This document shows, in pieces, positions 30,514 through 39,469 of a stretch of 64,000 bases of DNA. This DNA is from a virus, in IMG/VR virus record IMGVR_UViG_3300044613_003659, positions 1 to 64,000 of that record; one strand, given 5' to 3'. Every line of letters begins with the position of its first letter. The first letter of the stretch is position 1. The notes below the pieces were generated by a model. It was given only the letters and a program-made list of their open reading frames with translations, was not told where the DNA came from and did not search any database. The position numbers and the translations under genes are program-made.

Positions 30514-32472
30514 TTATATTATAATTTCTTTAGAATCATTGAGCCTAGTCCAATTTCCTTGTCCTTCCCAATCTAATACAAAATCATAAATTTTATCTTC
30601 GCTGTTGTAACTGGTGAGATTGGCTTTTACATCATAATGGTGTTTAGAATAATACTCACCAGAATCTAAGATTTTAAATTCTACACTTGCATTAAGTTGA
30701 GTATTGCCATCGTCTGCTGGCATACGACTATGACCCCACTCTAGCATATCAACATTGTGATCAAAGTTCACTGTAATTTCGTAACCGCCGTAGGCTAACC
30801 ATAACGTTCTAAACAATGGCCAAAGTTCATTGACAAGACTATCTGCTACTGGATTGATGTTTGGCTGTATTATATTATAATCAAAATCAGTTTCATATGG
30901 AATAAATGTTCGAGCTTTGTTATCTTTATAATTTAAAGTATAATGTGTCTCTACTCCAGGTCTTTCAATAGCATGTCTATCAGTTCCACGTCGCATGTGA
31001 TTCATAATAATGTTAATACTTTTTAACCTTATTAACCGGTGTAATATTGTGTTTTTATGATCATCTGTTAACCATTGGCCGCCAAGATGATCTAGACTGA
31101 TACCAAATTTTTCTGGCTGTTGACCTAATGGGGTATCGTGTAAAACATAACATGATTGGACAGAATACACTGTAATATTTGTTTGCCGTGTACGCCACAT
31201 TAATGTCATTGTGTGTGCTAGATCTTTAAGATCTTCTCCAGGAAATCCCACAAACCAGGTAGTTATGGCCCCAATTCTTACAGTGGTAATATCTCTCATG
31301 TTTTGTTCAATGGCAGTCACTGATACATTTTTTTTCATGAGATTTAAAACTTTTTGGCTTCCGGATTCAATTCCAAAATTTAAATATTGACAACCTGATT
31401 TTTTTAAATCTTGTAAATACTCTAAATCCATTCTATGGTCGCATCTGCAATATCCGACCCAATTTAAATCATGCAGTCCTTTGGCAACTACTCCTAATGC
31501 AAATGCTCTCAATTCTTTAAGATTACCATTTACTAAACTATCAATAAACCAAATTGTCCTTACATTGAATGTACGATAATGATATTCAATTTCGTCAACA
31601 ATATTTGTTGCTAGTCGCCCGCGATATCTCCAAAAAGTTGTTTCGGAACAAAATTGACATTTAGCCACGCAACCTCGACTTATTTCACTGCCAACCGCTG
31701 TTCCGAGTTCATACAGTTCCAATGGTAAATCTGAATAGTCAGGCCAGGGCATGCTGTCCAAATCTATTCTTTGAGATTTAGGGTGGTATAACATTTTATC
31801 TAAAGGCGGTGAATTTGATTCTATATTTTCTAATAGTTCTAAAAAAATTATCTCACCTTCGCCAGAAACTATATGATCAAACAGTTCCTCATACCTAACC
31901 TGACCTTGCACTGCTTGACTACCACCTCCTAATATTTTAATATTGGGTAATCTTTCTTTTAATTTTCGAATAATCCAAGATGCACAATTATTATTTGTGT
32001 AATAAAGACTGAATCCTGCTATATCTGGTTTAAATTCTACAATACGATCTATTTCTTCTAATAAAATATCTTCTATTAAAGGATGAACTTCTGTCCAATA
32101 AACATCTTGGTCCCATTTCCAATCAAGGTAAGGGCTCCACAAATCTTTTGCTTTATGATAACACAACACATTTAGATCATAGGCACATGATTTAAAACCA
32201 GCACTTTTAGCTAAAGCTGTAAGACGTGCAATATTGTAAGGGGCAATGTGCGGGCTCCAAAAAGGAGCCATAATCATAGCCACTTTCTTTGTCCTAGTCA
32301 CAGGATTAATAATTACAGAACTTAAATTTTTCTGGGGGTTAACTCGGCTAAGTTCGGCTACCCTAGCTAGCATTTGAGTATGAGGGTTTTGATCTGGGCC
32401 ATACAACTGTATGCCATCTACCGGTTCTTCGGAAGCAGAATTTTGAATTTCGATTATATTTTTAGAAATCAT
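30514..32472 (-). CDS. Cobalamin-binding (class B) radical SAM protein
   Basis: B12-binding Rossmann segment then SRGCVAKCQFC, GIESGS, GFPGE. Confidence 0.88.
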   Translation of the reverse strand: MISKNIIEIQNSASEEPVDGIQLYGPDQNPHTQMLARVAELSRVNPQKNLSSVIINPVTRTKKVAMIMAPFWSPHIAPYNIARLTALAKSAGFKSCAYDLNVLCYHKAKDLWSPYLDWKWDQDVYWTEVHPLIEDILLEEIDRIVEFKPDIAGFSLYYTNNNCASWIIRKLKERLPNIKILGGGSQAVQGQVRYEELFDHIVSGEGEIIFLELLENIESNSPPLDKMLYHPKSQRIDLDSMPWPDYSDLPLELYELGTAVGSEISRGCVAKCQFCSETTFWRYRGRLATNIVDEIEYHYRTFNVRTIWFIDSLVNGNLKELRAFALGVVAKGLHDLNWVGYCRCDHRMDLEYLQDLKKSGCQYLNFGIESGSQKVLNLMKKNVSVTAIEQNMRDITTVRIGAITTWFVGFPGEDLKDLAHTMTLMWRTRQTNITVYSVQSCYVLHDTPLGQQPEKFGISLDHLGGQWLTDDHKNTILHRLIRLKSINIIMNHMRRGTDRHAIERPGVETHYTLNYKDNKARTFIPYETDFDYNIIQPNINPVADSLVNELWPLFRTLWLAYGGYEITVNFDHNVDMLEWGHSRMPADDGNTQLNASVEFKILDSGEYYSKHHYDVKANLTSYNSEDKIYDFVLDWEGQGNWTRLNDSKEIII

Positions 32473-32514
32473 TTACAAGATATTTAGTAATCAACAACTG
32501 CAATGATTACATAA

Positions 32515-32591
32515 TGGTTGCGGAGAACAGGAATCGAACCTGATGTCTTCAGCTTATGAGACTGACGAGTAAACCGTTTCTCCCCTCCGCC
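32515..32591 (-). tRNA. tRNA-Met(CAU), initiator-like
   Basis: Loop CTCATAA; G1:A72 mismatch, A11:U24; encoded CCA. Confidence 0.85.
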
Positions 32592-32675
32592 ACAGTTTAT
32601 CGAAAGCGTTTCAACAACTGTTTAAAACGCCATTTGATGTAATAGGGAATTTCACGTAATGGTATTGTAAACATA

Positions 32676-32867
32676 TTATACCGAATCCTTGTTTGAACTA
32701 TCTTTCCTAAAGTTAATAATTTCATCTACCATGATAATTACCCAGCCAAGAAAAGCAGTCATGTATGCCTGACTGGCAACATAATTTTCATCGTAATAGG
32801 TTATATAGCAATTTGCAATAATTGTTAAAACAACAATAAAAGGAAAACCCACTCTAACGTATTTCAT
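32676..32867 (-). CDS. Small membrane protein
   Basis: Two hydrophobic segments, SD AGGAG. Confidence 0.6.
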   Translation of the reverse strand: MKYVRVGFPFIVVLTIIANCYITYYDENYVASQAYMTAFLGWVIIMVDEIINFRKDSSNKDSV

Positions 32868-32891
32868 AATCTACTCCTAAAATTAAAAGTT

Positions 32892-32965
32892 TGGCTCCGG
32901 TGGAGAGAATCGAACTCCCACTAACGGTTTTGGAGACCGCCGCACTGCCATTATACTACACCGGA
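32892..32965 (-). tRNA. tRNA-Trp(CCA)
   Basis: Loop CTCCAAA; cloverleaf; CCA end. Confidence 0.93.
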
Positions 32966-32970
32966 CAGGA

Positions 32971-33228
32971 TTACTCTGGATTTTTAACCATGTTGGAAAT
33001 CATTGTTTCTCTGCGCTCTTGAATCTCTTTGATTTTTTCTTCACTCTCTAGCTGGCCCAAATTGATTGAATAAATTACCCAGACCATCCAAACAAAAACC
33101 GAAAAGATAAACAAATTAAAAAGAGTTTCGGCATCCAATTGAAACAATGCTACGATTGCAATTGGTCCTAATGCTGCAACAGCTATCATGCCCACAGTAC
33201 GAAGAATTGCTCGAGTTCGAATATTCAT
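32971..33228 (-). CDS. Small membrane protein
   Basis: Two TM segments, SD AGGAG. Confidence 0.65.
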   Translation of the reverse strand: MNIRTRAILRTVGMIAVAALGPIAIVALFQLDAETLFNLFIFSVFVWMVWVIYSINLGQLESEEKIKEIQERRETMISNMVKNPE

Positions 33229-33283
33229 TACTACTCCTAATTAACTAATGTACTTAACATTTTACTTGAAGTTCTAATAAATG

Positions 33284-33583
33284 TCAATTATATCCGCGAA
33301 CAATATCATCCTCATCGTAATAATGGAATTTGTCCTGTAAGAATCGTTTTTCTTGTATTGTTATTTCTTTGAACCATTTTCTAGGATTACCGCAAATAGA
33401 ACAATTAGAATCACCGCAGTTTAAAATATGTTTTTTATGATTGCGATGTGGTTGAGTTATATACTTCCATTTTGTGTTTTGGTGCATGAGATAATCTTTG
33501 GCTATCTTTATCTGTCTTTCGATCGCTGTATCGTCTCGATACCTACGAGTACTATTTTTAATTTTATCATTTTCGTTTGACAT
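33284..33583 (-). CDS. Hypothetical protein with CxxxxCxxC motif
   Basis: Start at MSNEND after AGGAG; upstream ORF extension lies in tRNA-Ser. Confidence 0.65.
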   Translation of the reverse strand: MSNENDKIKNSTRRYRDDTAIERQIKIAKDYLMHQNTKWKYITQPHRNHKKHILNCGDSNCSICGNPRKWFKEITIQEKRFLQDKFHYYDEDDIVRGYN

Positions 33584-33601
33584 ACTTGCTCCTGTAAAAT
33601 C

Positions 33602-33692
33602 TGGCGGAAGCGGACGGAGTCGAACCCTCAAGGCGCCATTAACGCTCAACTGTTTTCAAGACAGGTACCATCACCAATTGGTTTGCGCTTCC
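33602..33692 (-). tRNA. tRNA-Ser(UGA)
   Basis: Loop CTTGAAA; long variable arm; G73; CCA. Confidence 0.93.
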
Positions 33693-34330
33693 TTGTGACT
33701 ATTAAAACGACTTTCAATTATCTCTTTGAGTTTATGATAATAAGCCAATTGTCCGGCCGGGCCATCATGTCCATTCCACCCATATAAATCATAATCCCAT
33801 GGTTTTATTCCGCTGTATGTTTCATGAAAATTATATCTAGAATACTGATATAAGTTTAATATTCTAGGATTATCTTTGATGTAATCAAAAAACGGTTTCC
33901 GCGGTCCAAAAGGATCCCAATCAAATGCTTTTGAATTATTAATGATGTAATAATTTTTTTTGTATAAATCTAAGCAAGAAACAACACCGACGATTTGACT
34001 GTACGCTATTAGCTCTGCGGTTTCAAAATCAATTCTGCTGATAGCTTCTGGTGTTAATATCTCTTGAAATTTATCTGACTTACATTGCTCTAAATCTAGT
34101 CTGTTTAATGAAGTAAGATTTATTATATAAAAAGTATCAGAATCTAAATTTGATAACAAATGACGATACACTCGTTGGATAATTAAGTTGTTGCTAGAAC
34201 CATGGCCGGAATCATTTACGATAGTTTTTGCTCCCATATCTAATGCAAGATAATGCCAATACATTTGTTCATTGGTTATTATGCCGGGCTGCTCTGAAGT
34301 AAAACTACATCCAGAATTATAAAGTATCAT
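33671..34330 (-). CDS. SGNH-like hypothetical protein
   Basis: SGCSFT N-terminus, late GH; last 22 nt lie inside tRNA-Ser. Confidence 0.65.
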   Translation of the reverse strand: MILYNSGCSFTSEQPGIITNEQMYWHYLALDMGAKTIVNDSGHGSSNNLIIQRVYRHLLSNLDSDTFYIINLTSLNRLDLEQCKSDKFQEILTPEAISRIDFETAELIAYSQIVGVVSCLDLYKKNYYIINNSKAFDWDPFGPRKPFFDYIKDNPRILNLYQYSRYNFHETYSGIKPWDYDLYGWNGHDGPAGQLAYYHKLKEIIESRFNSHKEAQTNW

Positions 34331-34377
34331 ATGCAGTTACCTCTTTGTTACCTTTCCAGTACATTTATTATCAATTG

Positions 34378-34614
34378 CTAGTCAGACCAAGTTAAAATAA
34401 ACAATGTTCTATCCTGATCCCACTTGAATGCAACACCTATATTATAAAGTGCTTGACAATCATCATAGGCCCATCGAGCATATCTTGGGCCTACACATTC
34501 ACGTAACCACGATTCAATTGACAATAATCCTTCTATCCAGTCTAACTGAGCTGAATTGCTGATTGGCCACGGTATTTGGGCATGGTATCGGAAAGCATGA
34601 CTGTCCACTAACAT
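34378..34614 (-). CDS. Hypothetical phage protein
   Basis: Start MLVDSH; upstream extension is in tRNA-Cys. Confidence 0.55.
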   Translation of the reverse strand: MLVDSHAFRYHAQIPWPISNSAQLDWIEGLLSIESWLRECVGPRYARWAYDDCQALYNIGVAFKWDQDRTLFILTWSD

Positions 34615-34625
34615 GCAGATATTTA

Positions 34626-34703
34626 TGGAGCATCGGGCGTGATTCGAACACGCGGTTGTACAGTTTTGCAGACTGCTGCTTTGGACCACTCAGCCACCGA
34701 TGC
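34626..34703 (-). tRNA. tRNA-Cys(GCA)
   Basis: Loop CTGCAAA; U73; CCA. Confidence 0.92.
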
Positions 34704-34711
34704 ATCAAATT

Positions 34712-34786
34712 TGGTCCGGCGTAAGGGAATCGAACCCCTATTTAAAGATTAGAAGTCTTCTGTATTATCCATTATACGAACGCCAG
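34712..34786 (-). tRNA. tRNA-Arg(UCU)
   Basis: Loop CTTCTAA; CCA. Confidence 0.93.
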
Positions 34787-34793
34787 TAAAACT

Positions 34794-34870
34794 TGGTGGG
34801 CCGGGTGAGACTCGAACTCACTGTCCCCCGATTATGAGTCGGACGCTTATACCAATTAAGCTTCCGGCCC
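34794..34870 (-). tRNA. tRNA-Ile2(CAU, lysidine type; Met not excluded)
   Basis: Anticodon arm CCGAC TCATAA TCGG resembles bacterial tRNA-Ile2; CCA. Confidence 0.8.
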
Positions 34871-34877
34871 TACAACT

Positions 34878-34962
34878 TGGTGCGACTGGCCGGAATCGAA
34901 CCGGCACGACTTTCGTCGGCAGATTTTAAGTCTGCTGTGTATACCTGTTTCACCACAGTCGC
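34878..34962 (-). tRNA. tRNA-Leu(UAA)
   Basis: Loop CTTAAAA; variable arm; CCA. Confidence 0.93.
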
Positions 34963-34970
34963 ATTTTAAA

Positions 34971-35049
34971 TGGTCCGGGAAGTGGGATTCGAACTCACGA
35001 TCTCCTGCTCCCAAAGCAGGCGCTTTAAGCCAGACTAAGCTACACCCGG
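34971..35049 (-). tRNA. tRNA-Pro(UGG)
   Basis: Loop TTTGGGA; C1:G72; CCA. Confidence 0.92.
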
Positions 35050-35057
35050 ATAATTTT

Positions 35058-35282
35058 TTATTCTTCCTCGCTTGAATTAAAATATGCTATTATTTTACTA
35101 CGAGCTTCTGCTTCTGTCAAGGCCGGAACAGTTACGGTAGCTGTTCCGTTTTTAATACTAATATCAAATGGTACACGACCATTAGGCATCCAATTTTCTT
35201 CTACAGGAACACTGATAGTAAACTCCTGTAAGTTCATTAATCTGTCAATTACGCTTTTTGTAAGATCGCTTGGACGTGGCAT
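35058..35282 (-). CDS. Hypothetical protein
   Basis: 74 aa between tRNAs, SD AAGGA. Confidence 0.6.
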   Translation of the reverse strand: MPRPSDLTKSVIDRLMNLQEFTISVPVEENWMPNGRVPFDISIKNGTATVTVPALTEAEARSKIIAYFNSSEEE

Positions 35283-35293
35283 AAAGTATCCTT

Positions 35294-35367
35294 TGGTGCC
35301 CCTTGACAGAATCGAACTGCCATCAGAGGATTACAAATCCACTGTATTACCATTATACTAAAAGGGC
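35294..35367 (-). tRNA. tRNA-Thr(UGU)
   Basis: Loop TTTGTAA; CCA. Confidence 0.93.
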
Positions 35368-35373
35368 CGAATT

Positions 35374-35468
35374 TGGCGGAGAGTGAGGGATTCGAACCCT
35401 CGATACAGGTTTTAGCCCGTATGTCTTCTTAGCAGGAAGGTGGTTTCAGCCAGCTCACCCAACTCTCC
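35374..35468 (-). tRNA. tRNA-Ser(GCU)
   Basis: Loop CTGCTAA; long variable arm; CCA. Confidence 0.93.
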
Positions 35469-35477
35469 AATAACATT

Positions 35478-35506
35478 ATTATATAGTTGAGTAATAGTCC
35501 TGTCAA
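35478..35506 (-). promoter_or_regulatory. Sigma70-type promoter inside the tRNA array
   Basis: TTGACA-17-TATAAT directly upstream of tRNA-Ser(GCU). Confidence 0.8.
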
Positions 35507-35509
35507 CAA

Positions 35510-36112
35510 TTACATGATAGGACCATTACCGTTACGCATTTCAATTGTACCACCTTCTGCCTTGATTCTTTTAATCAAGTCTTCAAGCAAGATAGGTGCA
35601 AAGTCAGTTTGTTCTACACATACACAATGATAGCGAGGATCAATTCGTTCTCGAACACCCCATTCCATGAACTCCATCATAGAACTAGCTCTGCGCATCA
35701 CACGGTTGGCATGAAGGTGACCGTGTACATTTACACCGAAGCGACCCAGGCTTTCTTCATGTATAGGTATATGACTCAAGATCATGCCACTCATCACATG
35801 ATAGCCACGAATATCTCTAAAGTATTTGGTGTAGTCCTCTAGTTTAAAAATATCATGGTTACCACGGATTAACACTTTGTCGCCGTTGAGACGGCCGAGT
35901 GTGGTCAAATGTTTCCTATTAATAACTACATCACCTAGGTGATATACTTTGTCCTTAGGTCTAACACGCTCGTTCCAGGCTTGGACCATGAACTCGTCCA
36001 TTTCCTCAGGGTCATCCCATGGGCGCAGTTTGGTAATACCGTCATTGCGTAGGAATCTGCAGACGCCGGCGTGACCAAAATGCGTGTCACTTATTAAAAA
36101 AGTTGCCGGCAT
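35510..36112 (-). CDS. Metallophosphoesterase
   Basis: SDTHFGH, HLGD, GNHD, HGHLH. Confidence 0.9.
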   Translation of the reverse strand: MPATFLISDTHFGHAGVCRFLRNDGITKLRPWDDPEEMDEFMVQAWNERVRPKDKVYHLGDVVINRKHLTTLGRLNGDKVLIRGNHDIFKLEDYTKYFRDIRGYHVMSGMILSHIPIHEESLGRFGVNVHGHLHANRVMRRASSMMEFMEWGVRERIDPRYHCVCVEQTDFAPILLEDLIKRIKAEGGTIEMRNGNGPIM

Positions 36113-36125
36113 CTTGTTCTCCTTG

Positions 36126-36431
36126 TTATGCTACTAGCCACTTGGTGTTGGCTTTTAATTCAATTGATTCCGCACCATCAAATTCGTCAATTCTAAACTC
36201 TGTGCCTTGATCTATCCATTCAACAGTTAAATCGTCTAATCCACCAAAATATTCGTTTGGATATTTCAATGTTAGGTAGTGTTCTATTTTGTCTAGTTCT
36301 TTGGCCTCAAGCCATAATACAATACTAGGGTCATAAAGCAGTTCCTCTATTTTGTGCCAAGAATACCAACCGGCACCGTAGTCAGGCGATACGAGAACTG
36401 CTACCTTTCCGTCACGGATTAACTTATTCAT
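36126..36431 (-). CDS. Hypothetical phage protein
   Basis: SPDYGAGWYSW, EFDGAESI. Confidence 0.7.
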   Translation of the reverse strand: MNKLIRDGKVAVLVSPDYGAGWYSWHKIEELLYDPSIVLWLEAKELDKIEHYLTLKYPNEYFGGLDDLTVEWIDQGTEFRIDEFDGAESIELKANTKWLVA

Positions 36432-36598
36432 TACAATAACACATTACATGCCTCGTAAAACTTGGTAATATTAAATCTCGTATTAATTTTCATACATGCA
36501 GCGGCTACCGCTGTCGCTGCTTCTACTCTAGTGTTTCTATCTGCAATTTCACTAATATGTTTTGCTATCAACTCAAAGTCTTTTCTAGACATCGTCAT
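36431..36598 (-). CDS. Small hypothetical protein
   Basis: Start MTMSRKDF after AAGGAG. Confidence 0.55.
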   Translation of the reverse strand: MTMSRKDFELIAKHISEIADRNTRVEAATAVAAACMKINTRFNITKFYEACNVLL

Positions 36599-36602
36599 CT
36601 CC

Positions 36603-36914
36603 TTAGGCCCAAACAAGTTCACGTGCTGGAAATTCAATCCGGCCATCAAACTCAAGTTGGTCACGCTCAAATTGGGTTAGATAGTCATCGGCTACAATAT
36701 TGAAATCAACAATGTGTTCACGGAAGTACGCACTGTCTTCTTCAATCTGACTACGCAAAGCCATAACAGCCTGGGTCACATCTTTGCCTCGAAAATTCTT
36801 GACCACATAGTCGTTGCCGCCTTTGGCTTTCCAATACTCAGGGCACTCGCCTTTGCCGTCCCAATCGTGGGCGCCGTAGTTTTCGTAAACTTGGGTAGTG
36901 ATTACTAGTTTCAT
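36603..36914 (-). CDS. Hypothetical phage protein
   Basis: TQVYENYGAHDWDG...YWKAKGG; SD AAGGAG. Confidence 0.7.
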   Translation of the reverse strand: MKLVITTQVYENYGAHDWDGKGECPEYWKAKGGNDYVVKNFRGKDVTQAVMALRSQIEEDSAYFREHIVDFNIVADDYLTQFERDQLEFDGRIEFPARELVWA

Positions 36915-36942
36915 AACAGCTCCTTTGCTTTACTATACCTGT

Positions 36943-37022
36943 ATTATAGCAAAATGAGCCATTATGGTCTACCGTTTTGTTTTGTTGCAAGAATAGCAAC
37001 AAACGTTGCTAGAATAGTAACA
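36943..37022 (-). promoter_or_regulatory. Early-type promoter with two upstream GTTGC-N7-GYAAC palindromes
   Basis: TAGACC-17-TATAAT (36943-36971); palindromes at 36983-37001 and 37004-37022. Confidence 0.7.
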
Positions 37023-37028
37023 ATGTAG

Positions 37029-37102
37029 TGGAGCGGGGTAAGAGAATCGAACTCTCAGCATGAGCTTGGAAGGCTCAGGTATTACCATTATACGAACCCC
37101 GC
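37029..37102 (-). tRNA. tRNA-Gly(UCC)
   Basis: Loop CTTCCAA; U73; CCA. Confidence 0.94.
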
Positions 37103-37110
37103 ATAAAATT

Positions 37111-37185
37111 TGGCGGTCGGTACGGGAGTCGAACCCGTGACTACGGCGTGACAGGCCATTATTATCACCGTTTAACTAACCGACC
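37111..37185 (-). tRNA. tRNA-Asp(GUC)
   Basis: Loop CTGTCAC; CCA. Confidence 0.92.
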
Positions 37186-37191
37186 TACAAC

Positions 37192-37268
37192 TGGCTCCAG
37201 GAATAGGAATCGAACCTATCTGATGAACGGATTAACAGTCCGCTGCCCCACCTTGTGGCCGTCCTGGA
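37192..37268 (-). tRNA. tRNA-Asn(GUU)
   Basis: Loop CTGTTAA; CCA. Confidence 0.9.
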
Positions 37269-37275
37269 ATAAAAC

Positions 37276-37349
37276 TGGTGCCTCGTGATGGAATCGAACC
37301 ACCGTAACCACCGTGTAAGGATGGAGTTCTACCATTAAACTAACGAGGC
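37276..37349 (-). tRNA. tRNA-Val(UAC)
   Basis: Loop CTTACAC; CCA. Confidence 0.92.
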
Positions 37350-37350
37350 T

Positions 37351-37647
37351 TTAAATATATCTATCAATGTTTAGTCCTACTGCACTAGCACGTTGAACTA
37401 ATCTTTGTTCTTTGATACTTTCGCCAAAGGCATAAAGTCTTAAAAATTCTGTTTGTTTGTCATAATCATAATTTCGCTGTAACCTTGTGGCTTCTTGAAT
37501 TGCCATCAAATGGGCTAATTCTCTCATTTCCTGCTGATCAATGTCCTTGCGTTTCATGTCCATAAGAACCTGCACTCGCTGACCAATCATTTGATAATCA
37601 TTCAAATAAGCATAAGGCACACGATATATAATCATAACTATTCCCAA
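37351..37647 (-). CDS. Hypothetical protein
   Basis: Fills the gap between tRNA-Tyr and tRNA-Val; start uncertain. Confidence 0.55.
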   Translation of the reverse strand: MGIVMIIYRVPYAYLNDYQMIGQRVQVLMDMKRKDIDQQEMRELAHLMAIQEATRLQRNYDYDKQTEFLRLYAFGESIKEQRLVQRASAVGLNIDRYI

Positions 37648-37649
37648 TT

Positions 37650-37734
37650 TGGTGGGGATGGAAGGAATCGAACCTACTCACCCGAAAGAACTGATTTACA
37701 GTCAGCCGCCACTCTCCAACTTAGCCGCATCCCC
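37650..37734 (-). tRNA. tRNA-Tyr(GUA)
   Basis: Loop CTGTAAA; variable arm; CCA. Confidence 0.93.
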
Positions 37735-37735
37735 T

Positions 37736-38380
37736 CTATTGCCAAAATTTAATTATTCTACCAGATATGTTAGAATTGAAAGTATTTAAATTTTCATAAA
37801 TTCTACTGATAGTTTTTGACAGTTTTTCACTGTTATCATATTCAAAATGTGTGGAAATAGAATAGACTATAACACCTTTATCATTATGTTTAGCTAGTGC
37901 AAACATTAAATGAGTTTGTGCCGCTTTACCTCCAGGATGACCTACTGAACTGGTAGCAAAATTTCTTGGCACAGCAAAGGCCAATCCACTGGTCATAAAA
38001 ACTATTTTACTATTTTTTTCCATTTTTGTCAGTGCAATAGTAGCAATGATATGTGGAATTATAGCTTGAATAGAAAGGGTAGCTATCCAAGAATTTGTTA
38101 TTCTAGTTATATCTGCTCCTGTGCAATAATCTTCTTCGCTACAAGGGCCGTAATCTGCATTAGAATTGTAAAGAAACAAGTCAATTTTATCAATGTTCTC
38201 TATTAGCTTTTTAAATTTATTCACTACATCATGAATGTCAAAAAAATTTGCGTATAAGTGGTTTGGATTATTTCCGTAATCTTTATGACTCAATATGTAA
38301 ACATTATTACCTTCATCTCGAAATTTATCTGCAATAATTTTTCCGAACTTTTGCCCGCCGCCAATAATAACCACATTCAT
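37736..38380 (-). CDS. Short-chain dehydrogenase/reductase-like protein
   Basis: VIIGGGQKFG Rossmann motif; catalytic YxxxK replaced by HPGGK. Confidence 0.7.
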   Translation of the reverse strand: MNVVIIGGGQKFGKIIADKFRDEGNNVYILSHKDYGNNPNHLYANFFDIHDVVNKFKKLIENIDKIDLFLYNSNADYGPCSEEDYCTGADITRITNSWIATLSIQAIIPHIIATIALTKMEKNSKIVFMTSGLAFAVPRNFATSSVGHPGGKAAQTHLMFALAKHNDKGVIVYSISTHFEYDNSEKLSKTISRIYENLNTFNSNISGRIIKFWQ

Positions 38381-38398
38381 AGTAGATTCCTGATATAA

Positions 38399-38474
38399 TG
38401 GTGGAGGTGACAGGACTTGAACCCGCTACCTTGACCTTGCAAAGGTCCTGCTCTCCCAGGTGAGCTACACCCCC
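38399..38474 (-). tRNA. tRNA-Ala(UGC)
   Basis: Loop TTTGCAA; G3:U70; CCA. Confidence 0.94.
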
Positions 38475-38476
38475 AA

Positions 38477-38725
38477 TTATTCTTTTACGTCTTTTGCATC
38501 AACGCACGTTTCGCCTCTAAACACGTATACATCAGAGTCTACTCGCAGTTGTTCAAATACTTGATTGTTTACACAAATATATGGATCTTTGTGATTTTCC
38601 ATATAAAAGAAAATGCCATATCCAATACCCGCTAATACCATCAATACAGGTACATATTTTAAATATTTTACAATTTCGGGCATAGCACCCAAAATTTGCG
38701 GTAAGTTCTTGAGCAATTCTTTCAT
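38477..38725 (-). CDS. Small membrane protein
   Basis: Start MKELLK; one TM segment. Confidence 0.6.
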   Translation of the reverse strand: MKELLKNLPQILGAMPEIVKYLKYVPVLMVLAGIGYGIFFYMENHKDPYICVNNQVFEQLRVDSDVYVFRGETCVDAKDVKE

Positions 38726-38738
38726 GCTCGTATTTATG

Positions 38739-38814
38739 TGGCACACCCAACCGGATTCGAACCGGTGTAACCACCGTGAAAGGGTGGTGTCCTAGGCCAC
38801 TAGACGATGGGTGC
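38739..38814 (-). tRNA. tRNA-Glu(UUC)
   Basis: Loop CTTTCAC; CCA. Confidence 0.93.
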
Positions 38815-39043
38815 ATCTATTTTTCAACTCTACATTCAGCATTCATTTTACTATTCACTGCTCTTAATCTTGCATTCCAAGTTTTTGCTGATTCTAAGCA
38901 CTTAAGTTCGTTAGGAAACTTTTCGTAGATAGTAAAGTTTTCAGGAAATTGTATCCAAAACACTAACACCCAAGTCATTGCAATCTCCTGTTATGACACT
39001 TAGACCACTGGTACTTGTTAGGTAATCCAATAACCAAAAAATT

Positions 39044-39469
39044 TCATTTATCTGTTATAATTTTTTTACAGTCTAGTAACCAAAGGGCAGCATCGTCTTT
39101 ATCAATAATTAACTTTGCAACGCCATTTCTAGACCAGTAATAACTAAAAATTTTTGTATGTTGATCTGTTTCAAAATAAAACGACTCTTCCGGTAATTGC
39201 CAGGATTCTATAAAAAATCCATCTATTTCTAAACTATCAATGCGAATAAATTTATCAGCTACAATTTCACCATTACTGGTGATTGTGTCATTATCTTTCC
39301 TGTTACCTAAATGAAACTCAATAGTTGTAGGTAATGCAATATCAACATTGACGCAAAATATATCTTTCGTCTCTATTTGTTTAATTTGATTGCCAAATTT
39401 AAGTTCAAGAAACATATATTCATCAGATACCTGTCCTGCTGAAAAATTAAATTTAAAACTAGCAATCAT
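39044..39469 (-). CDS. Hypothetical protein
   Basis: 141 aa coupled ORF. Confidence 0.6.
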   Translation of the reverse strand: MIASFKFNFSAGQVSDEYMFLELKFGNQIKQIETKDIFCVNVDIALPTTIEFHLGNRKDNDTITSNGEIVADKFIRIDSLEIDGFFIESWQLPEESFYFETDQHTKIFSYYWSRNGVAKLIIDKDDAALWLLDCKKIITDK

